Positions 39,127-49,035 are shown, numbered from the stretch's first letter. The stretch is 64,000 nt of DNA from Acidimicrobiia bacterium (GCA_041628225.1 JBFKPQ010000002.1:824-64823), one strand, 5' to 3'. Notes: a model not told the origin generated them from the letters alone. Made by a program: numbers and translations.

Positions 39127-39627
39127 ATGGAGATCCGACCTGCCACCGTCACAGATGCCGAACGCGTGGCCTTCATCCACATCCGCAGCTGGCAGGCGGC
39201 CTATCGGGGCCTCATCCGCCAGGACTACCTCGACGGCCTCGACGAGACATTCGACCGCCGAGTCGAGTGGTGGACCTCTCAGGCGAACGGCCCCGGCGTG
39301 TTCCTGGTGGGCGAGACGGACGCCGGAGAGCTAGCCGGGTTCGCCAGCGCCGGCCGCGCTCGAGAGGACCATGAACTCGGAGAGCTGTACGCCATCTATC
39401 TCCTCGCCGAGGCGTGGGGGAGTGGATTGGGTGCGCCGCTGCTCGAGGGTGCCACGGATCGCCTTCGTGAGAGCGGATACGACGAGGCGATCCTCTGGGT
39501 GCTCGACTCCAACGGTCGGGCGCGCCGATTCTACGAAAAGCATGGATGGCACTCCGACGGTGGGGCAAAGATCGAGCTCTGGGGTGACCTCGCCCTGTCG
39601 GAGGTCCGCTACCGGCGCGCGCTCTAG
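39127..39627 (+). CDS. GNAT family N-acetyltransferase
   Basis: MEIRPATVTDAERVAFIH...LYAIYLLAEAWGSGLGAPLL...RRFYEKHGW. Confidence 0.8.
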   Translation: MEIRPATVTDAERVAFIHIRSWQAAYRGLIRQDYLDGLDETFDRRVEWWTSQANGPGVFLVGETDAGELAGFASAGRAREDHELGELYAIYLLAEAWGSGLGAPLLEGATDRLRESGYDEAILWVLDSNGRARRFYEKHGWHSDGGAKIELWGDLALSEVRYRRAL

Positions 39628-40418
39628 GTGCGGGCGCGGCGGCGCATCGCCACGAACAGCACGATCGCTCCGGCGACGGAGGCCACAGCCGCCCCACTGA
39701 GCACCGGGTCGGGTTTCGGCAGCTCGGCGAGCCGGCTCCGGATGGACACCGGGTTCTTGAACGACATGATCTGCCAGTCGGACTCGATGGCGAGATGGCG
39801 GAGCTCCTTGTCGGGGTTGACCGCGACCGGATGTCCGACGACCTTCAGCATGTGGCTGTCGGTGAACGAGTCCGAGTAGGCGTACGAATCCTCGAGTGAG
39901 ATGCCGTCCCGCCGCGCCATCTCGACCATGGCTTCGGCCTTGCCGGCCGCATAGGCGTAGAACTCGAGTTCGCCGGTGTAGCGGCCGTCCTCACCCACCT
40001 TCGACTGGGTGGCGATCACGTCGGTGATTCCGAGGTAGCCGGCGAGGGGCTTGACGACCTCGTACGGGCTGGACGAGATCACCACCACCCGGCGACCTGC
40101 TTTGCGGTGTTCTTCGATGATCGCCAGTGCCTCGGCATACACGAGCGGCGCCACGACCTCGTCGACGGTCTCCTTGACGAGCCGTTCGATCTCGAAGCGG
40201 TCCCACCCCTTGGTGAGGGCGGTGAGTTGCTCACGGACCTTCTCGAGCTGATCGTGATCGGCTCCGAACATCATGTAGACGACCTGGGCGATCCCGGCCT
40301 TCACCAGCGACCGGCGGTTCAGGAAACCTGCCTTGTACAGAGGCCGTCCGAAGGCGAGCGTCGACGACTTGGCGATGATCGTCTTGTCCAGATCGAAGAA
40401 TGCAGCGGCGGTGGACAT
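39624..40418 (-). CDS. HAD-IB family hydrolase (phosphoserine-phosphatase-like), C-terminal membrane anchor
   Basis: AAFFDLDKTII...VVVISSSPYEVVKPLA...AYSDSFTDSHML... Confidence 0.8.
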   Translation of the reverse strand: MSTAAAFFDLDKTIIAKSSTLAFGRPLYKAGFLNRRSLVKAGIAQVVYMMFGADHDQLEKVREQLTALTKGWDRFEIERLVKETVDEVVAPLVYAEALAIIEEHRKAGRRVVVISSSPYEVVKPLAGYLGITDVIATQSKVGEDGRYTGELEFYAYAAGKAEAMVEMARRDGISLEDSYAYSDSFTDSHMLKVVGHPVAVNPDKELRHLAIESDWQIMSFKNPVSIRSRLAELPKPDPVLSGAAVASVAGAIVLFVAMRRRART

Positions 40419-40513
40419 GGCATTAAGTCTATTCGGCTGTCCGAACTTCGACGACCAAGCCTCCTTCTTCGCACATCTCAGGGCGTTTCGCAAGGGGTTG
40501 TCGGGGCCCGGTC

Positions 40514-41086
40514 ATGCCCATACGTTCGTTGGGCGAGAAGGGATGCGTTCTGCCGTTGCTCCATGTTCAGACCAACCACGACGGCTTGTTGTCCGCCATC
40601 GCCCCGCTCGGGCTCGGAGCGGCGGCGGGAACGGCGCTCGTCGTCGACACCGACCCGGATGGGCCCGCCTATCCGGGGAGCGCCAGTCTCGCCGCGATGC
40701 TCGCCGAAGGGCCACGGCGTGCCGACCTCACTCCGGCTCGGGCAGGCCTGGCGGTGCTGCGAAGCGGTGGAGCGAGCCTGGCGGAGGCGGGGGATCTGCT
40801 CGGCGCGCTCGCTTCGGGCTGGCCGGCGGTGGTCGTTCGGGTGCCGGCACGCCAACCGGTCGACGGGCCGGTCGTTCCGGTCGCGCCGGCTCTGCCGGGA
40901 GCGCTGGCCGAGCGCCCGGCGGCACGACATGTCGTGCAGGCCACCGGCCTCGCGCCCGCACCGCGCGACGGCATCGTGCTCCCGCGACCGTCCGGGCGGC
41001 TCGTGCGCGACCTGTTGAGCGGCGTCGTCCGTCCTCGCGATCGCTGGATCAGAGCCTGGCGTCCCGTATGGGAGGTCGTGTGGTGA
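40514..41086 (+). CDS. hypothetical protein at head of tad operon, possible degenerate TadZ/CpaE-like (no Walker A)
   Basis: Position immediately upstream of tadA, with the stop overlapping the tadA start. LVVDTDPDGPAYPG resembles a ParA/MinD switch region, but the P-loop is absent. Confidence 0.4.
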   Translation: MPIRSLGEKGCVLPLLHVQTNHDGLLSAIAPLGLGAAAGTALVVDTDPDGPAYPGSASLAAMLAEGPRRADLTPARAGLAVLRSGGASLAEAGDLLGALASGWPAVVVRVPARQPVDGPVVPVAPALPGALAERPAARHVVQATGLAPAPRDGIVLPRPSGRLVRDLLSGVVRPRDRWIRAWRPVWEVVW

Positions 41087-42147
41087 CGGCCTTCGAACGC
41101 ATCACCCGCCGGATCATCGACAGCGGCGTACCGCTCGACCGCGACTCCCTCGACGCCGCCGTGCGTCCACTGATCGCGGCCGAGGCGCCGTTGGCGCCCG
41201 AAACCTTGGCCGTGGACATCGTCGACGGATTGATCGGCCTCGGGCCCCTCGAACGCCTCCTCGCCGACCCGCAGGTCTCCGACATCCTCGTCAATGGGCC
41301 AGACGACGTCTGGGTCGAACGATCGGGCGTCCTCAGCCGATCAGACGTCGCCTTTCCGAGCGAAGCCGCCGTGGTGGCCGCCGTCGAGCGGGTCCTCGCA
41401 CCGCTCGGTCTGCGCATCGATCGGGCGGCGCCCATGGTGGATGCACGGCTCGCCGACGGATCTCGGCTGCACGCGGTCATTCCGCCGGTGGCCGTGCCGT
41501 CTCCGATCGTCGCGATCCGGCGATTCACGGCGGCGGTCGCGAGCCTGTCGGAACTCGTCTCGTCGGGAGCCGTCGATGAGGTCGGTGGGCGTCTTCTGGC
41601 GGACCTCGTCCACCGGCGCCAGACCATCGTCGTAGCGGGCGGAACCGGTACGGGAAAGACGACCTTGCTCAACGTCTTGTCCACCGAGATCCCAGCCCAC
41701 GAGCGGGTCGTGACGGTCGAAGACGCCGCCGAGCTCCGCCTGGCGGGGCACGTGGTTCGGCTCGAGGCGCGGCCTCCCAACGTGGAGGGTGCCGGCGAGG
41801 TCACCGTGCAGCAGCTCGTTCGCTCGGCGCTGCGGCTCCGACCCGACCGCATCATCGTCGGAGAAGTGCGCGGACCCGAAGCGCTCGACATGATCTGGGC
41901 GCTGAACACCGGCCATCGAGGTTCGATGTCGACGGTCCACGCCAACAGTCCCGACGAGGCGCTGTGGCGTCTGGAGACGCTGGCTTTGTCCGGCGATCGA
42001 AAGGTGGGCGAGGACGCCGTTCGCCGGCAGCTCCGTGCGGCCGTCGACATCATCATCCAGGTCGGGCGGGTGGCGGGGCGTCGCGCCGTCGTGGCCATCG
42101 GCGAGGTGGGTGTCGACGGACCCGTCGTACCGCGGTGGCCACTGTGA
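41080..42147 (+). CDS. tadA: Tad/Flp pilus assembly ATPase TadA/CpaF
   Basis: Walker A VVAGGTGTGKTTLLN, Asp box, Walker B RPDRIIVGEVRG, His box LNTGHRGSMSTVHANS. SD GGGAGG. Confidence 0.9.
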   Translation: MVTAFERITRRIIDSGVPLDRDSLDAAVRPLIAAEAPLAPETLAVDIVDGLIGLGPLERLLADPQVSDILVNGPDDVWVERSGVLSRSDVAFPSEAAVVAAVERVLAPLGLRIDRAAPMVDARLADGSRLHAVIPPVAVPSPIVAIRRFTAAVASLSELVSSGAVDEVGGRLLADLVHRRQTIVVAGGTGTGKTTLLNVLSTEIPAHERVVTVEDAAELRLAGHVVRLEARPPNVEGAGEVTVQQLVRSALRLRPDRIIVGEVRGPEALDMIWALNTGHRGSMSTVHANSPDEALWRLETLALSGDRKVGEDAVRRQLRAAVDIIIQVGRVAGRRAVVAIGEVGVDGPVVPRWPL

Positions 42148-42803
42148 CAGCACTCATCCTCGCTGCGCTGGTCGCCGCCCCGGTTCCGTGGCCCCATGTG
42201 GGCGTCGTCGGCTGGGCCGTGGTGCACCCGTCGGCCGCCGTTCCGGTGGTGGCCGCGGCATGGTGGGCACGCCGCCGGTCCGGCTGGGAGCAGATGACGG
42301 AGGTCCAGTATCTGACGGCGATCGCGGCCGAGCTGCGCTCCGGAGCGACCGTCCGTCGGGCGTTGGACATGGCCGCGGGACCCAAACCGGCGCCTGCGTT
42401 CGCTGCCATAGGGCGTCTCTGTCGAGCCGGCCTGCCGGCTGCAGACATCGCCGAATCGCTCCGCGCAGCGCTGCCGCGGAACGGGATCGCTGCGGCCACA
42501 GCCTTCGAGATCTCCGTGGAGACAGGCGGTGCTGCAGCGGCAGCTTTCGACGAGCTGGCACATCAGGCGGCCGAGCGTGCCGTCCTGGCCGGAGAGCTGC
42601 GACTGGCAACCGCGCAGGCACGGGTGTCGGGCCTCATCGTGGGCGGGCTACCGATGCTCATGTTGGGATGGCAGGCGGCGACGGGTCGGTTGGGTGTGGT
42701 CTTGGCCACCGGAGTCGGTCGGTACGCGGTGGGAGTCGGGTCGCTCCTGGTCGTCGCGGGTGGGGCCGTGATGTGGCGGATGATCGTCGGAGCGCTCCGA
42801 TGA
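42144..42803 (+). CDS. tadB: Tad pilus inner-membrane protein TadB-like (T2SS-F domain)
   Basis: GTGA overlap with tadA. TM-helical-TM topology (219 aa). Confidence 0.65.
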   Translation: MTALILAALVAAPVPWPHVGVVGWAVVHPSAAVPVVAAAWWARRRSGWEQMTEVQYLTAIAAELRSGATVRRALDMAAGPKPAPAFAAIGRLCRAGLPAADIAESLRAALPRNGIAAATAFEISVETGGAAAAAFDELAHQAAERAVLAGELRLATAQARVSGLIVGGLPMLMLGWQAATGRLGVVLATGVGRYAVGVGSLLVVAGGAVMWRMIVGALR

Positions 42804-43420
42804 TGCTCGTGGGCCTCGGTGCCGCCTCCCTGATCTGGCTCGCCCTGCCGGGTCACCCGGTGGCGGCTGCCGTAGCCGGTGGTCTGTTGGTGGCCCCCGG
42901 CCCGACGATCGCAGGTGCGCTGGGCGTCGTCGCACGGCGCCGGATCCGAGCCGCCCGCCATCGCCGACGGGCAGCTGTCGAAGCCGAAGCCGCGATCAGT
43001 CACCTCGCTCGCAACCTCTCGATCGCGCTGGCGGCAGGCCTGGCGGTCCCCGTCGCCCTCGACCGCGCTGCCCGGCCAGTGCACCGGGTCGTTCGCGAGG
43101 AAGTCGAAGCCGTGCTGAGGGCGGCGCGCTCACACGGTCTGGCGGTCGCGCTCGCCGACGCCGGAGGTCACACGGGGCGGCTCATGTCGGTCTTGGCGCG
43201 CGCCCAGTCTTCGGGGGCGCGTGTCCGTCGTGCCGTCGCTTCGTTCATCGAAGAACGCAACGAGATCCACCGGCAATCGGTTACCGAGCAAGCGCGCAAA
43301 CTGCCCGTCAAACTCACAGTCCCGCTGGCGTTGCTCATCCTGCCGGGCTTCGTGATCGTCACCGTGGGCCCGTCGGTGATCGAATCGGTGCGGCGGCTAC
43401 TCGGGCCGCTGCTCCCCTGA
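42800..43420 (+). CDS. tadC: Tad pilus inner-membrane protein TadC-like (T2SS-F domain)
   Basis: ATGA overlap with tadB. 206 aa with an N-terminal TM and C-terminal TMs. Confidence 0.65.
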   Translation: MMLVGLGAASLIWLALPGHPVAAAVAGGLLVAPGPTIAGALGVVARRRIRAARHRRRAAVEAEAAISHLARNLSIALAAGLAVPVALDRAARPVHRVVREEVEAVLRAARSHGLAVALADAGGHTGRLMSVLARAQSSGARVRRAVASFIEERNEIHRQSVTEQARKLPVKLTVPLALLILPGFVIVTVGPSVIESVRRLLGPLLP

Positions 43421-43471
43421 TGTGCTTCCCCCCGGGCCGGCCGGCCGCCGGCGTACCCAGAAAGGAGCGTC

Positions 43472-43642
43472 ATGTTGTCTGTGCTACGTGACGAAGACGG
43501 GCAGGGCACCGTCGAATACGTGTTGGTGATCCTCGCCGCGGCGGCGATCGCCCTCGCTCTGATCGGATGGATGAGTTCCGACGGGCTGCTTCCCAGCTTG
43601 TTCAGCACCATCCTCCAGAAGGTCATCGGTTTCGTCGGGTGA
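43472..43642 (+). CDS. flp: Flp family type IVb prepilin (56 aa)
   Basis: Not in the ORF track (under 60 aa). RBS AAAGGAG. MLSVLRDEDGQGTVEYVLVILAAAAIALALIG carries the G/xxxxEY prepilin cleavage motif and a hydrophobic stretch. Confidence 0.8.
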   Translation: MLSVLRDEDGQGTVEYVLVILAAAAIALALIGWMSSDGLLPSLFSTILQKVIGFVG

Positions 43643-43995
43643 CCGGTGAGCGAGGATCGGCCACGGTCGAGTTTGCGCTCATCCTTCCAGCGGTGGTGCT
43701 CGTGATCCTTGCGGTCGCCGAGATCACGGTGGTTGCGAGGACGCAGTTGGAGCTCGCCCATGCCGCCCGAGAAGGCGCCCGCGTTGCGGCGACGGCGCCG
43801 GATCCCGATGCGGCCATTCGTGCCGCGCGGGAGGCGCTGTCGGACGGGCTGGCACACCGGGTTTCCGTCTCGGTGTCGCGCCCGTCGATCGTGGGGCGTC
43901 CCGCCTCGGTCGAGCTGCGGGCCACGCATCGGGTGGTCGGCCTCGGGTGGGTTGTGCCCATCCAGGCATCGGCCTCGATGCGGGTGGAGCGGTGA
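43639..43995 (+). CDS. TadE-like pilus assembly/pseudopilin protein
   Basis: GTG overlaps the flp stop (GTGA). GERGSATVEFALILPAVVLVILAVAEI is the TadE N-terminal signature. Confidence 0.7.
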   Translation: MTGERGSATVEFALILPAVVLVILAVAEITVVARTQLELAHAAREGARVAATAPDPDAAIRAAREALSDGLAHRVSVSVSRPSIVGRPASVELRATHRVVGLGWVVPIQASASMRVER

Positions 43996-44375
43996 CGGAA
44001 GCCGGTTCCGTGTCGGTGATCGCCGTGGCGACGCTGGTCGTCGTGGCGGTTGCCGGCCTCGCCATCGGTGCGCTGGCGCAGACTCAGCACGGCGCGTGGC
44101 GCGCCCAGACGTCGGCCGACGCGGCGGCCCTGGCGGCCGCGTCGGCCACCTTCCCGCCCGTCGGTGCCGGCGCGCCTCGAGACGAGGCGGTCGCCATCGC
44201 CGCGGCCAACGGTGGCCAGTTGCTCGACTGTGTGTGCTCGGTGGACGCGTCGTTTGCTGTCCGCAGCGTGGACGTGACGGTGGCGGTGAACGTGACGATC
44301 CTCGGATACGGACGCGCCACCGTCGTGCGGTCGGCGCGAGCCGAGTTCGACCCGGTGGCTGCGCTGGGGTGGTGA
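43992..44375 (+). CDS. TadE/TadG-like membrane protein
   Basis: GTGA overlap with the previous gene. VTEAGSVSVIAVATLVVVAVAGLAIGALAQ. Confidence 0.6.
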   Translation: MTEAGSVSVIAVATLVVVAVAGLAIGALAQTQHGAWRAQTSADAAALAAASATFPPVGAGAPRDEAVAIAAANGGQLLDCVCSVDASFAVRSVDVTVAVNVTILGYGRATVVRSARAEFDPVAALGW

Positions 44376-44422
44376 GCGATTCGTCTGCTCGTTGCTCCTG
44401 ACCAACGGCCCTAGCCCTGCAC

Positions 44423-45370
44423 GTGGCCCCGACCGACAGTGGACCCATGGGACGCGTAGACGCGAACCCGGACGTGGGGGACATCGTCGAGCCGAACGTC
44501 GGTGAGGGCTGGATGATCGCCGAGGTGTGGCGGGCCTGGCCCCCGCCGCACAACGCGGTGCGCGGCGAGTTGGCGCATCAGGACGCACTCGTCGCCCTCG
44601 CCGGGCCGCCGCGCCGGCTCGGCTATCTAATCCCCGTCGAAGTCACCTTCGAACGCGACCTGACGAACGCTCGGAACCCGTGGTCGTGGTCGGCAAGCGT
44701 CGACGAGACCGTCGTCGGTGTCCTCGATGCGGAGATCGCCTCGCTGATCACACCAGACCTCGCTCGAGCGGTCACCGAGAAGTTCACCGTGGCGGGTGTC
44801 GTGCGCGGTGGTTCGACCCGCACTCCGACCCTCGGCGTGCATGTTTGGCTCGGACGAGCCATCACGCCGACGCCACGTCTGGACCTCGGCCCGAGGTTGG
44901 AGGTCCACTGGCCACCGTTCGATCATGAGGGTGAAGAGACCGTCCGCACCGGCTTGTCGTCGATGAGCGCATGGGCCGACGTCGATCTTCGCAATCCGAT
45001 CGCCGCGATCCACCGAGCCCGCGACATGCTGTCCACCTCGATCGACCATCTGGACCGGCACTTCGCCTTCGTCGTGCTGGAAGAAGCGCTCTACCAATGC
45101 CGCGACGCCATCTCGGGCGCACTCGACGATTTCGACGAAACCTGCTCCATGCACGATTTCGAGATGGACGCCATACGTCCGGTGCTCGTCGAACGCTTCG
45201 GCGGAGTGCCGGTCCTTTCCACCTATCGCCAGATGGCGATCCGCCGGGTCAAGCAAGGCGATCCAGCCGCAGCGGCGTGGTGGTGCCGGCGCGGGCTGAA
45301 ACTCTACGGCACCGAGGCGTTGCGACGCGACGCGGTCGACGATCTGCGCGATCGCCTCGCCGGCTTCTAG
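44423..45370 (+). CDS. hypothetical protein (315 aa), family not recognised
   Basis: Clean ORF directly downstream of the tad genes. No motif recognised. Confidence 0.45.
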   Translation: MAPTDSGPMGRVDANPDVGDIVEPNVGEGWMIAEVWRAWPPPHNAVRGELAHQDALVALAGPPRRLGYLIPVEVTFERDLTNARNPWSWSASVDETVVGVLDAEIASLITPDLARAVTEKFTVAGVVRGGSTRTPTLGVHVWLGRAITPTPRLDLGPRLEVHWPPFDHEGEETVRTGLSSMSAWADVDLRNPIAAIHRARDMLSTSIDHLDRHFAFVVLEEALYQCRDAISGALDDFDETCSMHDFEMDAIRPVLVERFGGVPVLSTYRQMAIRRVKQGDPAAAAWWCRRGLKLYGTEALRRDAVDDLRDRLAGF

Positions 45371-47619
45371 GCGATGACGGCGCGGAGCAGGGCGAGTGAG
45401 CCTGCCTTGTCGAGCGGCTCGTTGAAGTTGCCGCACTTGGGCGACTGCACGCAGCTCGGGCATCCCGCCAGACAAGGGCACTCCTCGATGGCGTCGGCGG
45501 TGGCCTCGAGATGGCGGGAGCGGATGTCGTAGGCGATGGCTGAGATGCCCGCTCCACCGGGGATGCCCTCATAGATGAACACGGTCGCTTCGCCGGCGAA
45601 CGGGTGCCAGTTGGTCGACAGGCCGCCGATGTCCCAACGGTCGCACACCGCAAACAGCGGCAACATGGCGATCCCGGCGTGTTCGGCGGCGTGCAGGGTC
45701 CCCAACAGCCGCGCGTCACCTATCCCCGCAGACTGCAACAGCCCGGTCGGAACCGTGTACCAGATGGCGTGCGTGTCGAACACGGTCGGCGGCAGGTCCA
45801 GCCAGTCATGTTCGAGGATCTCGCCGGTGCCCAACTTGCGCTTCTGATACCCGACGACGTGGCTCTCCACCCGCACAGACCCGAGGTGGTACGTGAGACG
45901 CCCGAGGCGGGTGGAAGCGGCCACCTCGAGCACGTCGAGGTTCTTCTCCTGTTGGGTCTGCGTGTAATGGCCGACCGTGCGGGCCGTCACTCGGACCTCG
46001 CGGCGGTCGAGGTCGAGTTCGTCGACTTCGAACGTGTCCCCCTGATGGAGGTAGACGGCTCCGCGATGGCCGTCCCGAAACGCGCGCTGCTCTTCCATGG
46101 TGCCCAACACCTCGCCGTCGGCGACGATCGTGTAGGCCGGTCCGCCGGATGAGCGGATACCTACCCGCGGCGCCGGTGCTTGGCGATGGGACCAGAACAG
46201 CCGGCCCCGCTGCATGTCGAGGTGTCCCTGGCCGACGAGTTCGGTGACGGCTTCCTCCATCGCAGGGCCGAGGAACTCGCGGTCGGACAACTCGAGGGGG
46301 AGTTCGTGGGCGGCGCAGGCGGTGTGCGCCTCGACCACGAGAGGGTTGTCTGGATTCACGACCACCGCCTCGGGGTCACGCGTGAACAATTCCGCCGGGT
46401 GGTGCATGAAGTATTGGTCGAGAGCGTCCTCGCCGGCCACGAGCACCGCCAGCGACTGCGCCTGCGTGCGGCCGGCGCGTCCGGCCTGCTGCCGGAACGA
46501 GGCGATCGTCCCCGGGAAGGTGTTGATGAGGGCGGCGTCGAGGGACCCGACGTCGATACCGAGTTCGAGCGCGTTCGTGGCGGTGACGCCCAGCAGCTCT
46601 CCGGAGAACAGCGCAGCCTCCGTTTCCCGTCGGGCCTCAGCCAGATAGCCGGCCCGATACGGAGCGATGCGATCCTGGCGCGTGTCGTCGAGTCGGTCAC
46701 GAGCCCATCGATACATCAGTTCGGTGGCCTTCCGAGAGCGGCTGAAAGCGATCGTCGGTCGGTCGTGCCGGACCAGGTCGACGAACAGGTCCGTGGTCTC
46801 GGCCATCGCCGATCGTCGGCGCCCGGTGCCGGGATCCTCGAGCGCGGGATTCCACAACGCGACGAGCTTGCTGCCGGAGGGCGAGTCGTCGGCGTCGAGC
46901 ACGGTGACCGGCGTGCCGGTGATCCGTTCCGCCAACGCCCCCGGGTTGCCGATCGTGGCCGAGGTGAGGATGAAAGTGGGGTTCCCGCCGTAGTGGGCGG
47001 CGAGCCGACGCAGCCTGCGAATGATCAGGGCGACGTGGCTGCCGAAGATGCCCCGCAGCATGTGCATCTCGTCGATTACGACGTAGCGGAGGCGCAAGAA
47101 GAAGTTGGCCCACTTGGCGTGGTTGGGCAGGATTCCGACATGCAGCATGTCGGGGTTCGTGAGGATCACGTTGGCGTGCCGTCGGGCCCACACGCGGTCG
47201 TCGGGTGGGGTATCGCCGTCGTACGCGCTGGCGACCAGCTCGGGAACGCCGAGGGCGCCGATCGACCGCAGCTGATCTCGAGCCAGGGCCTTCGTCGGGT
47301 AGAGCGCGAGTGCGGTCGCCTTGGGGTCGGAAAGGATGGCTTCGGCGATCGGGAGTGTGTAGCAGAGGGTCTTGCCGCCCGCCGTGCCCGCCACCACCAC
47401 GACGTTCTCGCCTGAGCGGATGTGGTCGATGGCGCGGGCCTGGTGTCGGTAAAGGCGCTCGATGCCTCGTTCGGCGAGTAGCCCGGCCAAGGTGGGCTGC
47501 AGGGCCGGTCGCGGGTCGCCGTAGATGGCCCGACGCGCGCCGACCTCCTCGACGTGGACGAGTTCACCCTCCAGGTCCGGGTCATGTGCCCAGGCGGCAA
47601 CGATCTCACGCAACGTCAT
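45367..47619 (-). CDS. DEAD/DEAH-box helicase with C-terminal DUF1998 zinc-finger (YprA/MrfA family)
   Basis: Walker A AGTAGGKT, DEMH box, SAT motif, helicase-C motifs, and a C-terminal CPCLAGCPSCV...KCGN metal-binding DUF1998. Confidence 0.85.
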   Translation of the reverse strand: MTLREIVAAWAHDPDLEGELVHVEEVGARRAIYGDPRPALQPTLAGLLAERGIERLYRHQARAIDHIRSGENVVVVAGTAGGKTLCYTLPIAEAILSDPKATALALYPTKALARDQLRSIGALGVPELVASAYDGDTPPDDRVWARRHANVILTNPDMLHVGILPNHAKWANFFLRLRYVVIDEMHMLRGIFGSHVALIIRRLRRLAAHYGGNPTFILTSATIGNPGALAERITGTPVTVLDADDSPSGSKLVALWNPALEDPGTGRRRSAMAETTDLFVDLVRHDRPTIAFSRSRKATELMYRWARDRLDDTRQDRIAPYRAGYLAEARRETEAALFSGELLGVTATNALELGIDVGSLDAALINTFPGTIASFRQQAGRAGRTQAQSLAVLVAGEDALDQYFMHHPAELFTRDPEAVVVNPDNPLVVEAHTACAAHELPLELSDREFLGPAMEEAVTELVGQGHLDMQRGRLFWSHRQAPAPRVGIRSSGGPAYTIVADGEVLGTMEEQRAFRDGHRGAVYLHQGDTFEVDELDLDRREVRVTARTVGHYTQTQQEKNLDVLEVAASTRLGRLTYHLGSVRVESHVVGYQKRKLGTGEILEHDWLDLPPTVFDTHAIWYTVPTGLLQSAGIGDARLLGTLHAAEHAGIAMLPLFAVCDRWDIGGLSTNWHPFAGEATVFIYEGIPGGAGISAIAYDIRSRHLEATADAIEECPCLAGCPSCVQSPKCGNFNEPLDKAGSLALLRAVIA

Positions 47620-47703
47620 CGTGCGTCATCCTCGCGCGCGTGTCGAAATATCCGCCCGGCCGGCACAGTCCCACTTTCGTGATCGGGAATGGTCAGCCGG
47701 GAC

Positions 47704-48936
47704 TCAGCTGTCGGGGATGGTGTCCAGGACGCCGTCGGCGAGGTCTTCGAAGATGTCACCGGCGCCTTCATCGAGGTAGACCACCGACGCCTCGCCGGCC
47801 CAACCCGGAGTGCCCGGGACGACGAGGTTGGGGATCTCGAACGGCTCGAGATAGAAGAGGGCGGCGGTGAGCTGCAACAGGTTCGTGGCTTCGAGATCGG
47901 TGAACGTGTGCTTGGTCAAGAGCTCGAGATGGTGCGGTACTTGCTCGATGCCCTTGCCCTGGACGGCGAACAGGCCCCACTGCATGATCACGCCGTGATG
48001 GAACTGGCGCGTGAAGTCTCCACCCGCCAATGTTCGGTTCCGCGCGAACGCCAGCGCCTGGGCACCGTCGATCATTTGCCGACCCGCCTCGAAGTAGGCC
48101 TTCGACTTCGGTTCGTTCATGGCGAACGGAATGTCGATCTCCATGCCGCCGAACTCGTTGACCAGGCGGACGAAGCCCGCAAACCCCGTCACGACATACC
48201 CGTCGAACTCCAGTCCGGTCAGCATCTCGCCGGTCTCGACGACCACCTCGGGTCCGCGCCCCGACATCGTGTTCGTGAACTTGGCATTGCGGCCGTACGA
48301 AGCCTCCACCCACGTGTCCCGGGGGATGCCGACGATCGACGCGGACGAGCCGTCGGCCGCCACCGACACGATGTGGAGGCTGTCAGCCCGCAGTTTCAAC
48401 GGATCTTCGCGGGTGCGGGCATCCGATCCGATCACGAACACCTGGTGTGGCCCGTCACCGAACCAGGGGTCGAGACCGACTGAGGGGAGCGACGCGCCGA
48501 CCAGGGTCCAGGCGTGGCCGTCGTCGGACACGGCGAGCACGACGTCGTCGTTCCACGCGACGACGGCCACGTGCGAGTCGAGCAGCAGCGCCGTCGTGGC
48601 CACGGCTTCGATCGACAGCGGCACGTCGGCGGTCGATCGCCCGACGTGGGTCGCTAGTCCGGCGAGCAGGACAGGGGTTCGGTCGTGGCCGAGCGCCAGG
48701 TCGTAGAGGCCTTCGACCTGGGCCGCCAGGTCGCCGGGTGCGTCCATCGAGAGCGTGGCGTCGGGCATCGTGGTCGTCGTGGTCTGAGGAACGGTGGTCG
48801 TCGTAGGCGGCGCGGTCATAGGAGCCGGTTCGGTGGACTCGGTGGCGGCGTTGCACGCTGCCGCGACGACGATCAACGCCACGAGGCCGGCGATGACGCG
48901 CACGAGCGGTTGCGCGGGTGGAGAGATGCGGTGCAT
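47704..48936 (-). CDS. LCP (LytR-CpsA-Psr) family cell-envelope phosphotransferase
   Basis: Membrane anchor, Thr/Pro-rich linker, and LCP core (RADSLHIVSV...GIPRDTWVE...FAGFVRLVN). Confidence 0.8.
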   Translation of the reverse strand: MHRISPPAQPLVRVIAGLVALIVVAAACNAATESTEPAPMTAPPTTTTVPQTTTTTMPDATLSMDAPGDLAAQVEGLYDLALGHDRTPVLLAGLATHVGRSTADVPLSIEAVATTALLLDSHVAVVAWNDDVVLAVSDDGHAWTLVGASLPSVGLDPWFGDGPHQVFVIGSDARTREDPLKLRADSLHIVSVAADGSSASIVGIPRDTWVEASYGRNAKFTNTMSGRGPEVVVETGEMLTGLEFDGYVVTGFAGFVRLVNEFGGMEIDIPFAMNEPKSKAYFEAGRQMIDGAQALAFARNRTLAGGDFTRQFHHGVIMQWGLFAVQGKGIEQVPHHLELLTKHTFTDLEATNLLQLTAALFYLEPFEIPNLVVPGTPGWAGEASVVYLDEGAGDIFEDLADGVLDTIPDS

Positions 48937-49035
48937 CGGCGGGCAGGATATCCGCCGCCGGTCCGAGCGCAATTCCCAGAGTTCGGCGCCGTTGGCGGGT
49001 TCCCTATACTGCCGCCGGTTCTAACGGGAGATTCG

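Noticed and set aside
45367-47619. Possible DISARM-like defence module because of DUF1998
   Set aside because: DUF1998 is fused to the helicase as in MrfA/YprA. No DrmB, PLD-nuclease or methyltransferase genes are present in the neighbourhood.
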